Of a stretch of DNA of 64,000 nt, positions 1-12,960 are shown piece after piece. The stretch spans positions 372,001 through 436,000 of the forward strand of contig NC_043015.1 of the NCBI RefSeq assembly GCF_006345805.1, in the 5' to 3' direction. How positions within the stretch are numbered: the stretch's first letter is position 1; each line of letters opens with the position of its first letter. The notes beneath the pieces were generated by a model, which saw nothing but the letters and a program-made list of their open reading frames with translations, had not been told where the DNA came from and did not search any database. Position numbers and translations under genes: made by a program. Origin of the DNA: Octopus sinensis. Taxonomy: Eukaryota.

Positions 1-519
1 AGTGAAATTAACGTAAATGCTAAAATCTCTTTCGTGACAGCATAATTGCTAGTCATCTCCATATTCACCTGCGAGCAGAATTTGTTCTTATCATGTTCAG
101 AATATATGATCTAACCATCGCTTGTATAAGCCAGCTAGTTACCTTCTAGCTAGGTGCTTGCTCTGCTGTAGAAATAGAAGTTAAATTCATCAAAAGTTCA
201 ATACTACGTTCTTTGAAAATAGAAGGTCATATTGAATAGTGTAATCTAGTGTAAACCATATCTTGAAAAGTCTGGGTGGTCACGGTTGAATTGCAGTAGA
301 ACATGAATCCGATGTTTCAGAACTGAACTGGGGCAACATAACAATAATTAACATGCAAATAACAAAATGACCAAACTTGCTCTCATAGTTCGACTTCGAC
401 ATAGCTTTCTTCTTCTTTCCTTTCCATTCAAGAAATCCTTTTTACCGTCTATATATATTATAGATTTGTGCTTCTGAAAACGGGTCACCACTCACGGTCA
501 TGCGGAATTTGAACTCAAA

Positions 520-900
520 AGTCGATGTCGACTTTGCCTTTTATCCTCTGGGTTCGATAAAATAAATACCAGCTGAGCACCAGTGTCGATAATATAAGTA
601 ACAGTTGAGAAGTGGTGTCGATGTAATCGTCTTACTCTCTTCCCCGAAATTGCAGGCATCGTGCCAAAATTTGATACGGAATATTTCAACTGTTGCCAAG
701 GCGGTGAGATGACAGAATCGTTAGCATGCACGACGAAAAGCTTAACAGCATTTCGTTCGCCTTTATATCCATAGTTCAAATTCCACTAGGGTCTCCAGGT
801 TGATAAGATAAGTACCAGTTGAGCACTGGTGTCGATGTAGTTGACGTAAACCCGCCTCAAAATTGTGGGCATTGTGCCAAAATTTGAAACCGATATTACA
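520..900 (+). mobile_element. Two adjacent decayed SINE family B copies (about 520-690 partial, 697-900)
   Basis: Head GGCGGTGAGATGACAGAATCGTTAGC, box-B-like GTTCAAATTCC and body GATAAGATAAGTACCAGTTGAGCACTGG match the other B copies in the window. Confidence 0.75.
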
Positions 901-1199
901 ACCGTTATTGTTGTTGTTTTCTTCTTCTTCTTCTTCTCAGGACTCACACCATTAGTCACAAAGAATAATCTCTAATTCGAGCCTACTCTAAGCTACTAAG
1001 AATGCGTGTGGTAACTTGAAGATCCACCCACCACACGCGATAGACTGGCGATTTCACGGGCGCGAAAGCTACGTTGTTATCCTCAATCCGTAAACAGTGG
1101 CTTTTAACGGGTGGAGAGCTGAACCATCCTGAGGTACAGAGGATTCTCAATCTAGGCTAGGGGCTGAAAGTTTACCACACCATAGTGGGTTACACCATT

Positions 1200-1410
1200 G
1201 TTCCTCTGCTTTGTGGCAGAAGTAGGAAGAAAGAGTGAGAGAAAGTTGTGGTGAAAGAGTACAGCGGGGTTCACCCACCACCTGCCGGCGCCTCGTGGAG
1301 CTTAGGTGTTTTTATTAAATAAACTCTCACAATGCCCGGTCTGGGAATCGAAACCGCGTTCTTACGACCGCGAGTCCGCTGCCCTAGCGACTGGGCCATT
1401 GCGCCTCCAC
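1200..1410 (-). mobile_element. SINE family C (tRNA-derived head)
   Basis: Reverse complement begins GTGGAGGCGCAATGGCCCAGTCGCTAGGGCAGCGGACTCGCGG...GGTTTCGATTCCCAGACC (box A/B-like); homologous to 8000-8310 and 40983-41285. Confidence 0.85.
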
Positions 1411-2261
1411 TGCTGTTGTTTAACCCTAGGTCATCCATCATAAAACAAATCTATTATGAAAACTGTTGACTCGTTTTATCATGCTGTCGTTTATTTTCAT
1501 TCATAGATCTTGAGAGATTTTACAGAATCTATGAGGTAGCTACAACACACATTTGGGACCAGGTTTCACGTATGAGGATAATACATTTTCCTTCCTTTTT
1601 CCTTCCCGAAGATCTGATTCTTGGGAAATGCCAGAGGCACTTTCCCTTCCTTCCTCGACCTAACAATAACATAATACTATATAATAAATAAAATCACCAG
1701 CTGAGCCCCATTTTGTTTCATTTCACTTCATTTCCTCAACGCATATTTCTGGAGGTTTGGTGGGGAGGATGGTAACACTACATCATAAACAACTACGATA
1801 TTATATATTTATTAGATGGAGGTTTTTCAATACGGTTTTACTTCGTTTGATACTACTCTTCCATTGTAAACAGTACTAAATACCAACAATATAGGTGACA
1901 TCAATTTCTTTCATTGTCTTCATTAATTAGCATGTACGAATCGTTAACGCATTTTACACAAGCAGGTCTTGTTTTCTGATGACCATGTAGCTAGCTTTTT
2001 GACATTGATATCGTTACAATCTATCATTGAAATAAACATGGAGCCGGTTAGAGAGATCTATGTAATTTTGTTGCCGTAGGTCCTGTTATTTAAACACTCA
2101 TGTAGCAAAACTTCAACTTGACAGAAATCAATGCATTCATTAATATGAACACCATATAATTACGTTTGCAGCTCTAAATGCTACTTAAATCCTGTATTGA
2201 ATTTCAATACGACAGTTAGCTATGCTCACACACAGACACATACATACGCACGTACGTGTAT

Positions 2262-2336
<75 letters not shown>

Positions 2337-3668
2337 CATATGTCAGTTTTTGTCTTTGTAGTTTGCAAGCAAATTCATTGCTGCTGAAGATAAAAGTGAA
2401 AACTAGTTTAGTTTTGATTTATCGTTTGTACCTCTCTCAGCTAGAAGAGGGGACAGTGCCCGTTATAAATTTTCTTTTTTTTTAATGCTACTGATTTTAC
2501 TATGCAGAAATGCTCGAAGATAATTAGAGGAAGTTACCTCGGTTATTTGATGTTTAGCATGAAAAATTAGGTTTTGTTTTGATTTTTAAGTTGATAATAG
2601 GGAAGTAAATTTAGCTGGCTGCGAGGTTTTCTAAACGATGGCGGTTCGGAGGGAGAATCAAGCGAAACGTTTAATAATATGAACAGAACGAAATACGGTA
2701 GGGGTAGAAACACGGAGGGGCTAAATAAAGTGTGTGAACCATCTAATCGAACTAAGAGAAATTTGTATAGTGCCATCGATACTGAGATGTGTCGAAATTA
2801 AACTTTCACGGCTTAACAACGGCACAAATTACTTGACGTGGGAGCATGGTGAGATTATTGAGTCTTTTGTACGCATGCCTCGCTGAGGTCCATTGCTTCT
2901 CTTTCACCCGCTATGAAGATCCATATTTGTGAAGTTTACTTGCCCTGGATACCCAGCATCGGATGCTTCCCTATGCTCCACTAGATTTACGGAACGTATG
3001 AACGAGCCAGTTGTAGGTGAAACATAATGAAGGATCATGGGAACGTTATTAGAAAGCATATTATACAAACTGATACATTTATCACCATAGAATTTCCATG
3101 AAGACAATTTATTCTGAAGAAGGTCATATAAATAGCAATTATTATATTAGTGGTGGAAGAGACAATGGCATGTCACAACTCGAGATTAGAGGAGGGGTTA
3201 AGTGTTAAAGGATGCTACAATCAATGAGTTTTTAGATGGATAAGAGGACAGTATAAGATAAGGCACCTGTGTAAGTATGCGTGTTTGTATGTGTGTATAT
3301 TTGCAGGTACACAGTATGGCCGAATGGTTAAGAAGTTCACTTCGTAATCACGAGTTCCCGGTTTTGATCTCGCTGCGTGAAATCTTGGGTTGGTGTCATT
3401 CGCTATAACTTCAGGTGAATCTAATCCCTAGTGAATTGAAAGGAGCGGATAGACATGTGTGGAAGTCACTCAGATAATTTGTGCTTAAATGTTCGTGATA
3501 TAAGCATGTGGCACTGTATTACATCAATTCTGTCTGAGAATTCCGTTGAGAGTACACATGTCTGCGGAATAATTAGCCTCTTACAAGCCAATTTAACGAG
3601 CCACTTCCAATAAGTAAATATACATAGCCGAAAGAGACGGAGATCCTTATATTTATTATGCATGAGTG

Positions 3669-3700
<32 letters not shown>

Positions 3701-3919
3701 CATGTGCGCGTGGCTTAGTGGTTAGGGTCTTCGGCTCTCGATCATGTGGACGTGAGTTCGATTTCCAGTGGTACATTACATCTGGTGCTGGTGCATCGCC
3801 TTGAAGGCTTTAGTCAAAGTCCTTTTTCTATCCGTTTTATTTGCCGAACCGACCGACGGTTGTCAAACGGTAGTGATGAACATATACAAGGCACGATAAC
3901 CTCCACCCGCCATATATAC

Positions 3920-3956
<37 letters not shown>

Positions 3957-3974
3957 GCACACACACACATATAT

Positions 3975-4253
3975 ATTCTTTTACTTGTTTCAGTCATCTG
4001 ACTGCGGCCATGCTGGGGCAACACCTTTAGTTGAGCAAATCGACCCCAGGAATTATTCTTTGTAAGCCTAGTATTTGTTCTATCGGTCTCTTTTGCCGAA
4101 CAGCTAGTTACGTGGATGTAAACACACCACCATCGGTTGTCAAGCGTTGCTGGAGTGGGGGACAAACTCAGACGCAAAAACACATTTGTACGACGGGCTT
4201 CTTTCAGTTTCCGTCTACCAAATCCACTCACGAGGCTTTGGTTGGCCCGAGGT
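3975..4253 (-). mobile_element. SINE family A, 5'-truncated
   Basis: TTTTACTTGTTTCAGTCATCTGACTGCGGCCATGCTGG tail and CTTTCAGTTTCCGTCTACCAAATCCACTC body match full A copies. Confidence 0.85.
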
Positions 4254-4787
4254 AACATTGAATCCCAATCCAAATTATTCTTCGTAATGGTCGTATCGTC
4301 TCTGTTCCAGGAAAAATAAAATGCAAAATCGAATCCGACGGGATTTACGTGTTGAATGTTTAAGGGACGTATCTAAAACCACAAACTCCTTTTGCCCGAC
4401 GCTCTACCAATTCATCGATCGATCGAATTTCATTCCAGTGTAGTATTACTGGTACTTACGTTTGTAGATTGACTGTTTATGTAATCGATTGAATTGATTT
4501 CTTGATATGCCGGTTACTTTGTTTTATTGATACGCTTGAACTGAGAAGCACAATTAACTCAAGCGGGCATTGAACTCCCATCATGAATATTCTATAAAAT
4601 GTTGATTAATAATTGAACAGGATAATGGATTGGTAACAAGCGTGGAATTGGCTGAGTCATTAGAACGTCTAACTGAATGCCTTTCGCTATTTGTTCCATC
4701 TTTCTGTGTTCTAATCTCGTCCTGTTCAACTGTACCTTCCATCTTGCCGTGGTTGATAAATACCAGTTAACTACTAAGGCCGACTAT

Positions 4788-4850
<63 letters not shown>

Positions 4851-5124
4851 AACACACCTTTCTCTCGATGCTGGCTGCGTTGCACTGTTGGACTGTAGCC
4901 ATGCTGTGGCACTGCATTGACAGGTTTAGTCAAGCAAACCGACACCGGAACTTATTCTATCGGTCTTATTGCCGAACTGCTAAGTTGCTAAGTTATAAGG
5001 ACTTAAACAAGCCAATCCTGGTTTTCAAACAGCGTTGGAGTAACAAGCAGTCTCACTGTTTACAACAAGTTTCACTCCACAACAATAGGATTCAATGAGG
5101 GATTTCCAAAAAAAAAAAAAAATA

Positions 5125-5127
<3 letters not shown>

Positions 5128-5196
<69 letters not shown>
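5128..5196. repeat. (TAA)n microsatellite
   Basis: Direct reading. Confidence 0.95.
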
Positions 5197-5200
<4 letters not shown>

Positions 5201-5710
5201 ATAAAATTAAAAAAAGATACTACTGGTACATTCTATGAACAAACTGATTCGTATTACCACTGGATGAAATAAAGCGAAAAAAAATTGTGAATTTTATTGG
5301 CATAATCGGTAGAGCAACGATCAAAATGTCTTGTGGCTTTTAGTTAGGAGCATTTTGCATTTGTGTTCCGTGTTCAAATTCCGTCGCGATAGATTTTGTC
5401 TGTATTTCTTTGGGATCGATATAATAAAGTACAATGTGATTATACGGACTGATCTGATCATACGTGATGTCTATTTGTTACCAAAACTCAATATTGATAT
5501 ACGAAATATAAAATAACATATTAGCAGGTTCTCGTTTTTGCTAGATTAATAGCGATGTGAAAAACTAAATAATATAACAATTAGCCGTATATATGGCTTA
5601 GTAGTAGTAGGAGCAGTAGTAGTAGTAGTAGTAGTAGTCGTCAAATGTTTCGGAGAAGTAGCATGACAGGTACTGAGTTTGTCAGCCAAATATATGTGTA
5701 TGACCCAGTA

Positions 5711-5918
5711 GGCGGCGAGATGGCAGAAACGTTAGCACGCCGGGCGAAATGCTTTGCAGTATTCCGTCTGTCTTTATGTTCTGAGTTCAAATTCCGCCGA
5801 GGTCGACTTTGCCTTTCATCTTTTCAGGGTTGATAAATTAAGTACCAGTTGCGTACTGAGGTCGATCTAATCGACTGCCCCCTCCCCCCAAATTTCAAGC
5901 TTTGTGCCTAGAGTAGAA
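5711..5918 (+). mobile_element. SINE family B monomer
   Basis: GGCGGCGAGATGGCAGAAACGTTAGC head, GAGTTCAAATTCCGCCGAGG box B, GCCTTTCATCTTTTCAGGGTTGATAAATTAAGTACCAG central domain (resembles the Deu/Nin SINE domain from memory). Confidence 0.9.
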
Positions 5919-6376
5919 TTTAATTAATATAAATGACCTAGAGAGTATTTTCCTGTAGTTATACCATGTGTGCACCTACAAGATTGCCACTTCGCACACT
6001 CTGGTAAGCATAGCGGCATTTCGTCCGTCTTTACAGCTTGAGTTAAAATTCTGCCGGGGTTGACTTTGCCTTTCGTTCATTCGGGGTACCAACTAGTTGA
6101 GCAGAGGGGTCGATGTAATGGGCGTACCCGCTTCTCCGAAATTTCTGGCTTTATGCTAAAACTTGAAACCAATATTTAATTTCAGATGGAATCCAGTATT
6201 ACAATATTTATATATAAATGTTACTCTTATTCTTTTTCAGAGAAACTTTGTCTAAGGAAATTCAAGATTATCTCTATTAACATTTGTAGTACGTTGCTGT
6301 TGCTACTGCAATGCGCTTTTTATAGCGCTACAGGTTACACTCTGGGATGAATTAAAAAAAATTTCAACAAGTCAAT

Positions 6377-6761
6377 AGGCGCAGGAGTGGCTGTGTGGTA
6401 AGTAGCTTGCTTACCAACCACATGGTTCCGGGTTCAGTCCCACTGCATGGCACCTTGGGCAAGTGTCTTCTACTATGGCCTCGAGCCGACCAAAGCCTTG
6501 TGAGTGGATTTGGTAGACGGAAACTGAAAGAAGCCCGTCGTATATATGTATGTATATGTGTGTGTGTATGTTTGTGTGTCTGTGTTTGTCCCCCTAGCAT
6601 TGCTTGACAACCGATGCTGGTGTGTTTATGTCCCCGTCACTTAGCGGTTCGGCAAAAGAACCCGATAGAATAAGTACTGGGCTTACTAAGAATAAGTCCC
6701 GGGGTCGATTTGCTCGACTAAAGGCGGTGCTCTAGCATGGCCGCAGTCAAATGATTGAAAC
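6377..6761 (+). mobile_element. SINE family A, full length, with internal TA/TG microsatellite
   Basis: AGGCGCAGGAGTGGCTGTGTGGTAAG head, GGTTCAGTCCC box B, GGCGGTGCTCTAGCATGGCCGCAGTC tail; flanked by a ~92 bp direct repeat. Confidence 0.92.
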
Positions 6762-7372
6762 TGTTCGTAGTACGTAGCTGTTGCTACTGCAATGCGCTTT
6801 TTATAGCGCTACAGGTTACTCTATGGGATGAATTTTTTTTAAAATTGCAACGAGTCAATGAAATGATATTCAATGATACACTGCTACTGCTACATACTTG
6901 AACGAATTTACATTTCTGCATCCTTAAATCTAATTTCTTGTTTTAATCCAGGAAAAAAAAGAATCGTGAATCTCAGGTGAAGCTGCATCATCACATTCAG
7001 AAAAGGTTAGTAACTCCCGTCTTCATTGTCTTGCAAAGCAATCCAACTCATCACTTCACATGATATTGTAGTATGAGAGAGAACATGAGTTATTTTTAGG
7101 GAAAATAACTTTTTTAATAGAGTGGTTTTATACTGTCACCTTAACGTGACAGTCCCGTAAAGGCAATTACACCACCGATGTTTTGCCCTAGGAAGCATCG
7201 ACGCTTCCTGTCGGCCATGATACATTTCCTGTGTCCTTATATATTTACGAAGGGGAGACAAACACCCCCAACAGCTAGGCCTACATCTAGAGACATGCGT
7301 ATTTCTAGGTCTTTCCCGTCATGAGTCTAGATTAGCATGGCCTGCTAGCTGAAGATATTTTTCTAGACTTCA

Positions 7373-7374
<2 letters not shown>

Positions 7375-7452
<78 letters not shown>
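7375..7452. repeat. (TA)n microsatellite
   Basis: Direct reading. Confidence 0.95.
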
Positions 7453-7456
<4 letters not shown>

Positions 7457-7999
7457 TTTTTTTTTCTTTTTCAGTGAAGTTTATTCACTGTTCACCAAAT
7501 TTAAAATTAAAAAAAAACAACTCTGAGGGGTCTCCGAGACACCATCCTCTAAGTCCTCAAAAAAAAAAAAAAAGGGGGTATTCCGTGTCGGATCCGACAG
7601 GAACTCGAGTGGCATCAATTCCTTAACATGTTAAACGTGCAGATCATTGAGATATTTAGAAATTTAATATTTCTATTTTTTAATAAACCATAAAAAAATA
7701 ACTGCTTTTGGTGACCTGTGTGACTCAGCTATTCTCCAGTAAATTTTCAGTTGCAAAAATAATCATTGTAGTTTTGCAATAACACAGGAGGAAGCCATTG
7801 CTGTCTTATATAGTCTGTATATAAGTTTAATCGTTTTATAAGTTTGTTTTTTGATAATCGACACTATGTTGTACATTAAAGATATTTTATATTTAAAAAA
7901 TTGGATATACTGTTTCAGTTATATATGCGTGTGTGTGAGAGAGAGAGATTTATATGGGCGTATGTACATGTAGATACATACATGTATACACATGTATAC

Positions 8000-8310
8000 G
8001 TCACCGTGATCCCCGTGACCGACCAGGCTATCAGATGTTGCTACACATCGCTGGTTACAATGCGTTTCACATTGTTTTAGCCTTCAAATGACGCCACCCC
8101 GCTGGCTAAATGAGCAGGCCAACAGAAGAAAGAGAGAGAAATTTGTGGCGAAAGAGTACAGCAGGGATCGCCAACATTCCCTGCCAGAGCCTCGTGGAGC
8201 TTTAGGTGTTTTCGTTCAATAAACACTCACAACGCTCGGTCTGGGAATCGAAACCGCAATCCTACAACCGCGAACCAGCTGCCCTAACCACTGGGCCATT
8301 GCGCCTCCAC
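8000..8310 (-). mobile_element. SINE family C, full length
   Basis: Same head as 1200-1410 but a different 3' tail (about 8000-8125). Confidence 0.88.
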
Positions 8311-8378
8311 ACATGTATACATGTATACATATAAACATATATAAGTATGGATACAAAAATATATGTGTGTGTACACAC

Positions 8379-8421
<43 letters not shown>

Positions 8422-9740
8422 CAGTGACACACGCTTATACACCCTTTCGTAAATTTTTATTAGCCCGGGTTTCATTGAGTTTAACTATAAGCATCTTGAT
8501 GTATATCTACTGTAATAATTTCGTCTGGGTTTATGGTTTAACTAGTGCAATTTTAGCAACAACACTATGAATAAATAAATAAATAAATGGGTACAATGCC
8601 TTCTTAAATACACAGCCTAATTACTAAATACGTTGCTTACCGCTTCGCAATTTTCTATTCAAAAAGGAAAAAAAAATTGAAATAAAAGTTAATATAGTGA
8701 CAGTTCTTATCACGGTGCATTACGTAAGCCTCTTCTTTTTTTTTCTATATTTTTTAAAATAAAAAAGAAACACGAAATACATTTTTATATTTGGTTAAAC
8801 AAATTTTATTGAGTCGAATAGTTTTGTAAATTCAAATATTTACTTACATTGTTTAGGAATAAGCGATATGTCACACGACAGCTCCTCCTAAATTTAAGTG
8901 ATTCTACCGTAAAATGAAGTAATTTTGAAAGAAGAAAATCACTCATCTGTCCATAATGGAAACGTATGAATGCTATGGTTTGATGGTCCAGTTGTATAAG
9001 AAATTTGACATTTTACATCCAAACTCGCAGCAGCGTAAAAAAAATATATATATATATGTATAAATAAAACAAGAAAACGAAAAGACTTGGCAATTTGCGA
9101 TTTTTCACTACACTGATTTTCCAACCTTACATTCATATTTCAAGCAAAATTGTTAGAAGTTGCTTTTGTTGTTGTTATTTTTCTTTCACACCAAGTCAGC
9201 ATTGCTTCAGTTACATAGCGATGATTAAAGATGTTCCAATTACCACCCGCTGGTTCTCTTCGTCCTTCTCATAATCATCGTTATTTCATACCCCGTTTTC
9301 CATGCTGCCTTGGGTCGGATTATTCAACAGTTTCCAAAGTGAAGGTAGAAATTGTTTCGATCCAATGTTTCACTTTTAGCCAGCTTTCTACAACCGAATG
9401 CCCTTTATAACGCTAAACGAATTACAGAAAAAAACAGAGTGAATTTTTCTGTTATCTCACTCCAGGTATTGGCCAGGTTACCTTGTAAGTTACACTGCTG
9501 AGAGAGGGAGATTTAAAAATACAATTGAGAATATAAGTGAGGTATTGAGAAAATTAAAAATGATGCAAGGTACAAATTTATTGTTGGCAAATGATTTTAA
9601 CGAAGACATTAACAGACAGCGTTAGGAAAAGGAGTAATAGAGGGATGCGAGTGATTAGTGAGAATGTCCCAGAAAGTTAAAAGGTGGAGAGTGTGGTGAA
9701 CTCAGGAAGAGGAGAATTAAGGTTGCCTAGTGACATTATC

Positions 9741-10082
9741 TGAGACCCCCTTCGGTCACGACATTGACCATGGGATTGCACCTAGAAAGTTCCCCTCCGA
9801 TGCACAAGTCAGGGCAAGATTGTTTGTGGAAGGCTAACAGTCGCTCATGCATACCAGCCTCCCCTCTCCACGCCACCAGTGTTATCCAAAGGAAAGGCAA
9901 AGGAGCCGATACAGCTTAGCACCTGTGACTTCGCAACTCATTTCTACAGCTGGGTGAACTGGAGCAACGTGAAATAAAAGTGTCTTGCTCAAGAACACAA
10001 CACGCAACCCGGTCCGGGATTCGAGCTCAAAACCTCACGATGGTAAGCTCGACATTCTAACCACTGAGCCATGTGCCTTCAC
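9741..10082 (-). mobile_element. SINE family D, full length
   Basis: Reverse complement GTGAAGGCACATGGCTCAGTGGTTAGAATG...GAGCTCGAATCCCGGACCGG then TGTGTTCTTGAGCAAGACACTT...GTTGCTCCAGTTCACCCAGCTG; homologous to 44657-44974 and 63240-63460. Confidence 0.88.
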
Positions 10083-10092
10083 ATAGCGACAT

Positions 10093-10214
<122 letters not shown>

Positions 10215-10600
10215 ATTATGCAAAAGAGTCGAAGCTCCGAAACGTCGCTTTTTTCAGAAAACGAAAAAATAGTTTCACCATTATATTTAATCTTTTACGT
10301 TAGCAACAGTTTCAGATTAAGAATGTTGGGTGCATAAAATCGCAACGCCATGCATGCATAATATTTTCAGTTAGAAATATTTTATCAAAACTGTCGAATG
10401 TAGGACATACTACCATTTTGAAAAAATGCTAAACCTTTGTACTGCATTTTGACAATTTTCATATCTTGGCATCCGAAGCAGCTGGAGATACGATAGTTTA
10501 ACCAACAGAACCGGTTGTTGAAAGCAAAACTAAATATTAAAAAAACGTATTTCTTTAAATGTTGACATACGACAGTTTAACATAATAGCAACGATATATA

Positions 10601-10657
<57 letters not shown>

Positions 10658-10662
<5 letters not shown>

Positions 10663-10850
10663 CTTTATTTAAAGCAGCAGAAAATTCAACGAAACGTGTT
10701 ACTCTGAGTTTCCCGTTGCGGCAACGGGAAACTCAGAGTAAGAGGTTTTGTTGAATTTTCTGCTGCTTTAAACAAAGCATATTACTCTACCACTGGTATT
10801 TGAGTACTCTTTTTTCCACCTTGTTTCACACTTATGCGTTTACTCCGGTA
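10658..10850. mobile_element. Penelope-like pseudo-LTR fragment arranged as a ~100 bp near-perfect palindrome
   Basis: TAAAGCAGCAGAAAATTCAAC...TTACTCTGAGTTTCCCGTTGC-G-GCAACGGGAAACTCAGAGTAA...GTTGAATTTTCTGCTGCTTTA; same family as 55448-55630; abuts (TA)n; retains only the 3' half (GAAACTCAGAGTAA) of the family hammerhead. Confidence 0.6.
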
Positions 10851-10870
10851 TATAATAATATTATTATATA

Positions 10871-12390
10871 TTGGTGTATATTGAGGTTTATAAGTTAGTA
10901 TAGGTATGTGTATAAGTCGTGGGTCTGTGGTTTACGTGTGTGTTTTTTGTGTGTGAATGTTTAGGTTAGGGGGATTGCTATATAGGTTTGTTATAGAGTT
11001 TAGCAAAGGGAGATTTATATATAAAAGTATAACCGCTCTGGAAACGAACATCTTTTAAAATAATGAATGGAGAAATGGAATAAATGGAATTAAAAATAAT
11101 ATTCACGTGGCAAAACGAACACCACTCAAAAATTATGAATGAAACAATGTAATAAAACAACCAACATCGAAAATAGACAAATTACCACGAATTCCCTAAA
11201 AAAAACCATGATAAACCAAAACTCTTAAAAACATATAACGATAAAATCTCCCTTTGCTAAACTCTATAACAAACCTATATAGCAATCCCCCTAACCTAAA
11301 CATTCACACACAAAAAACACACACGTAAACCACAGACCCACGACTTATACACATACCTATACTAACTTATAAACCTCAATATACACCAAAAACCCACTCC
11401 TTTCCCACACAGACAAATTAACACATACATCCCAAAACCTAAATAACAAACCCATATACACATTCACACACAAACACACACACACGCAAAACACACACAC
11501 ACAACAGATACATATACTCCCTCACATATACGCATATACATACTCACTAAACTCGATATATACAACAATATTTACACACCCACACTCATACAGATAAATA
11601 AATTATACAACTAAAAACTCACACACAATCTCATATACATAAACACTCCAATAAAAAACAATAAATAGAATTAAGTGATGTCCGTTTTCTAGAGCGTGAA
11701 TGTGGGTTGTATGTGTGTGTGTGTGGGAGTATGAATAAGTATTGTGTTGAAGTATTTAGCTATTTTATTTATTTATAGTTGCCTATAATATTGTTGTATA
11801 TATCGAGTTTAGTGAGTATGTATTATATATACTCCAAATAATATAATATAACATAATAAAATTATGAACGGAGAAATGGAATAAATGGAATTAAAAATTA
11901 TATTCACTTGGTAAAACGAACACTACTTAAAAATTATGAATGAAACAATGCAATAAAACAACAGACATCGCAAATAGACACAAATTACTACGAATTCCTT
12001 AACAAACCTACCATGATAAACCAAAACTCATAAAAACATATAATGATAAAATCTCCCTTTACTAAACTCTATAACATACCTATATAGCAATCCCCCTAAC
12101 CTAAACATTCACACACTCCTTCCCCACACAGACAAATATTGTGTGTGAATGTATAGGTTAAAGGGATTGCTATATAAGTATGTTATAGTGTTTAGTAAAG
12201 GGAGGTTTTATCATATAAAACAAAACAAAAAAATAATAATAATATAATAATAAACTATATATACACCCATACACATATACCTAATTATATATAACCATAT
12301 CTAACTACATACACTAAATCACACACCTATATATATATCCCTATACATACACATAAAAACGTCTAGGCAACTATAAATAAATAAAATATA
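10871..12390. repeat. Complex inverted plus direct repeat block
   Basis: Perfect 146 bp IR 10871-11016/11244-11389; 36 bp IR 11537-11572/11787-11822; diverged direct repeat of about 11060-11310 at about 11860-12115. Confidence 0.85.
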
Positions 12391-12744
12391 TATATATAGT
12401 ATGTAAGTATATTATGTTGAGCAAGTTTTACGACCATCAGCAAAAATACCCGCTGTGTCATTTTAATAATAATAATAATTTCCTCTTTAATGGACGTTTT
12501 GAATAATAGTTGCGATGTCCGTAGCTGACAGTGACTCACCCACCCGTCCTATGCACCTGTGACTTCACTCACCGAACATTATACATTTTCACACATGTTT
12601 GAAAGAAAAATTTTGTACTAGGACCGTTTCTGCAGCTGAAAGTCTCCTCACGCCCGAATACACTCGAACTTGTCAAATATGGACTTGATCTATTAGACTA
12701 TCGGCTGCTGTTATACATCGCTAGTCACGATGATTTTACATAAG

Positions 12745-12960
12745 TTTTAGCTTTCGAATGATGCCCTGTCCCTGGCAAGGAGAGCAGACCAATATTTCTT
12801 CTAATGGGAGGGTTACACACTTGCAGCCGAGTGTCCTGGAGCAACTTGAAATTTTGTGTTTTGCGCAAGTGTGCAACACAACGCTCGGTACAGGAATGGA
12901 ACCCGTGATCACTTGATTGTGAGTACAATTCCATAAGCACTGGGCCACCCGACTTCCACA
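12745..12960 (-). mobile_element. Old SINE family D copy
   Basis: GGAGCAACTTGAAATTTTGTGTTTTGCGCAAGTGTGCAACACA and GGAATGGAACCCGTGATC match D in degenerate form. Confidence 0.6.

Noticed and set aside
1507-6280. Putative exon chain (1507-1562, 2362-2395, 2601-2688, 6241-6280 ETLSKEIQDYLY*)
   Set aside because: Weak donors, incompatible phases and no recognisable protein
6377-6460. tRNA-like sequences at SINE heads
   Set aside because: Box A/B present but no complete cloverleaf, and each runs into a SINE body
9520-9635. NLLLANDFNED resembling the LINE endonuclease GDFN motif
   Set aside because: Single weak motif without flanking support
10221-10250. GAG-TCGAAG-CTC-CGAAAC stem resembling hammerhead stem II
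   Set aside because: CUGANGA half is absent
10961-10970. TTAGGTTAGG telomere-like motif
   Set aside because: Only two units, embedded in the inverted-repeat block
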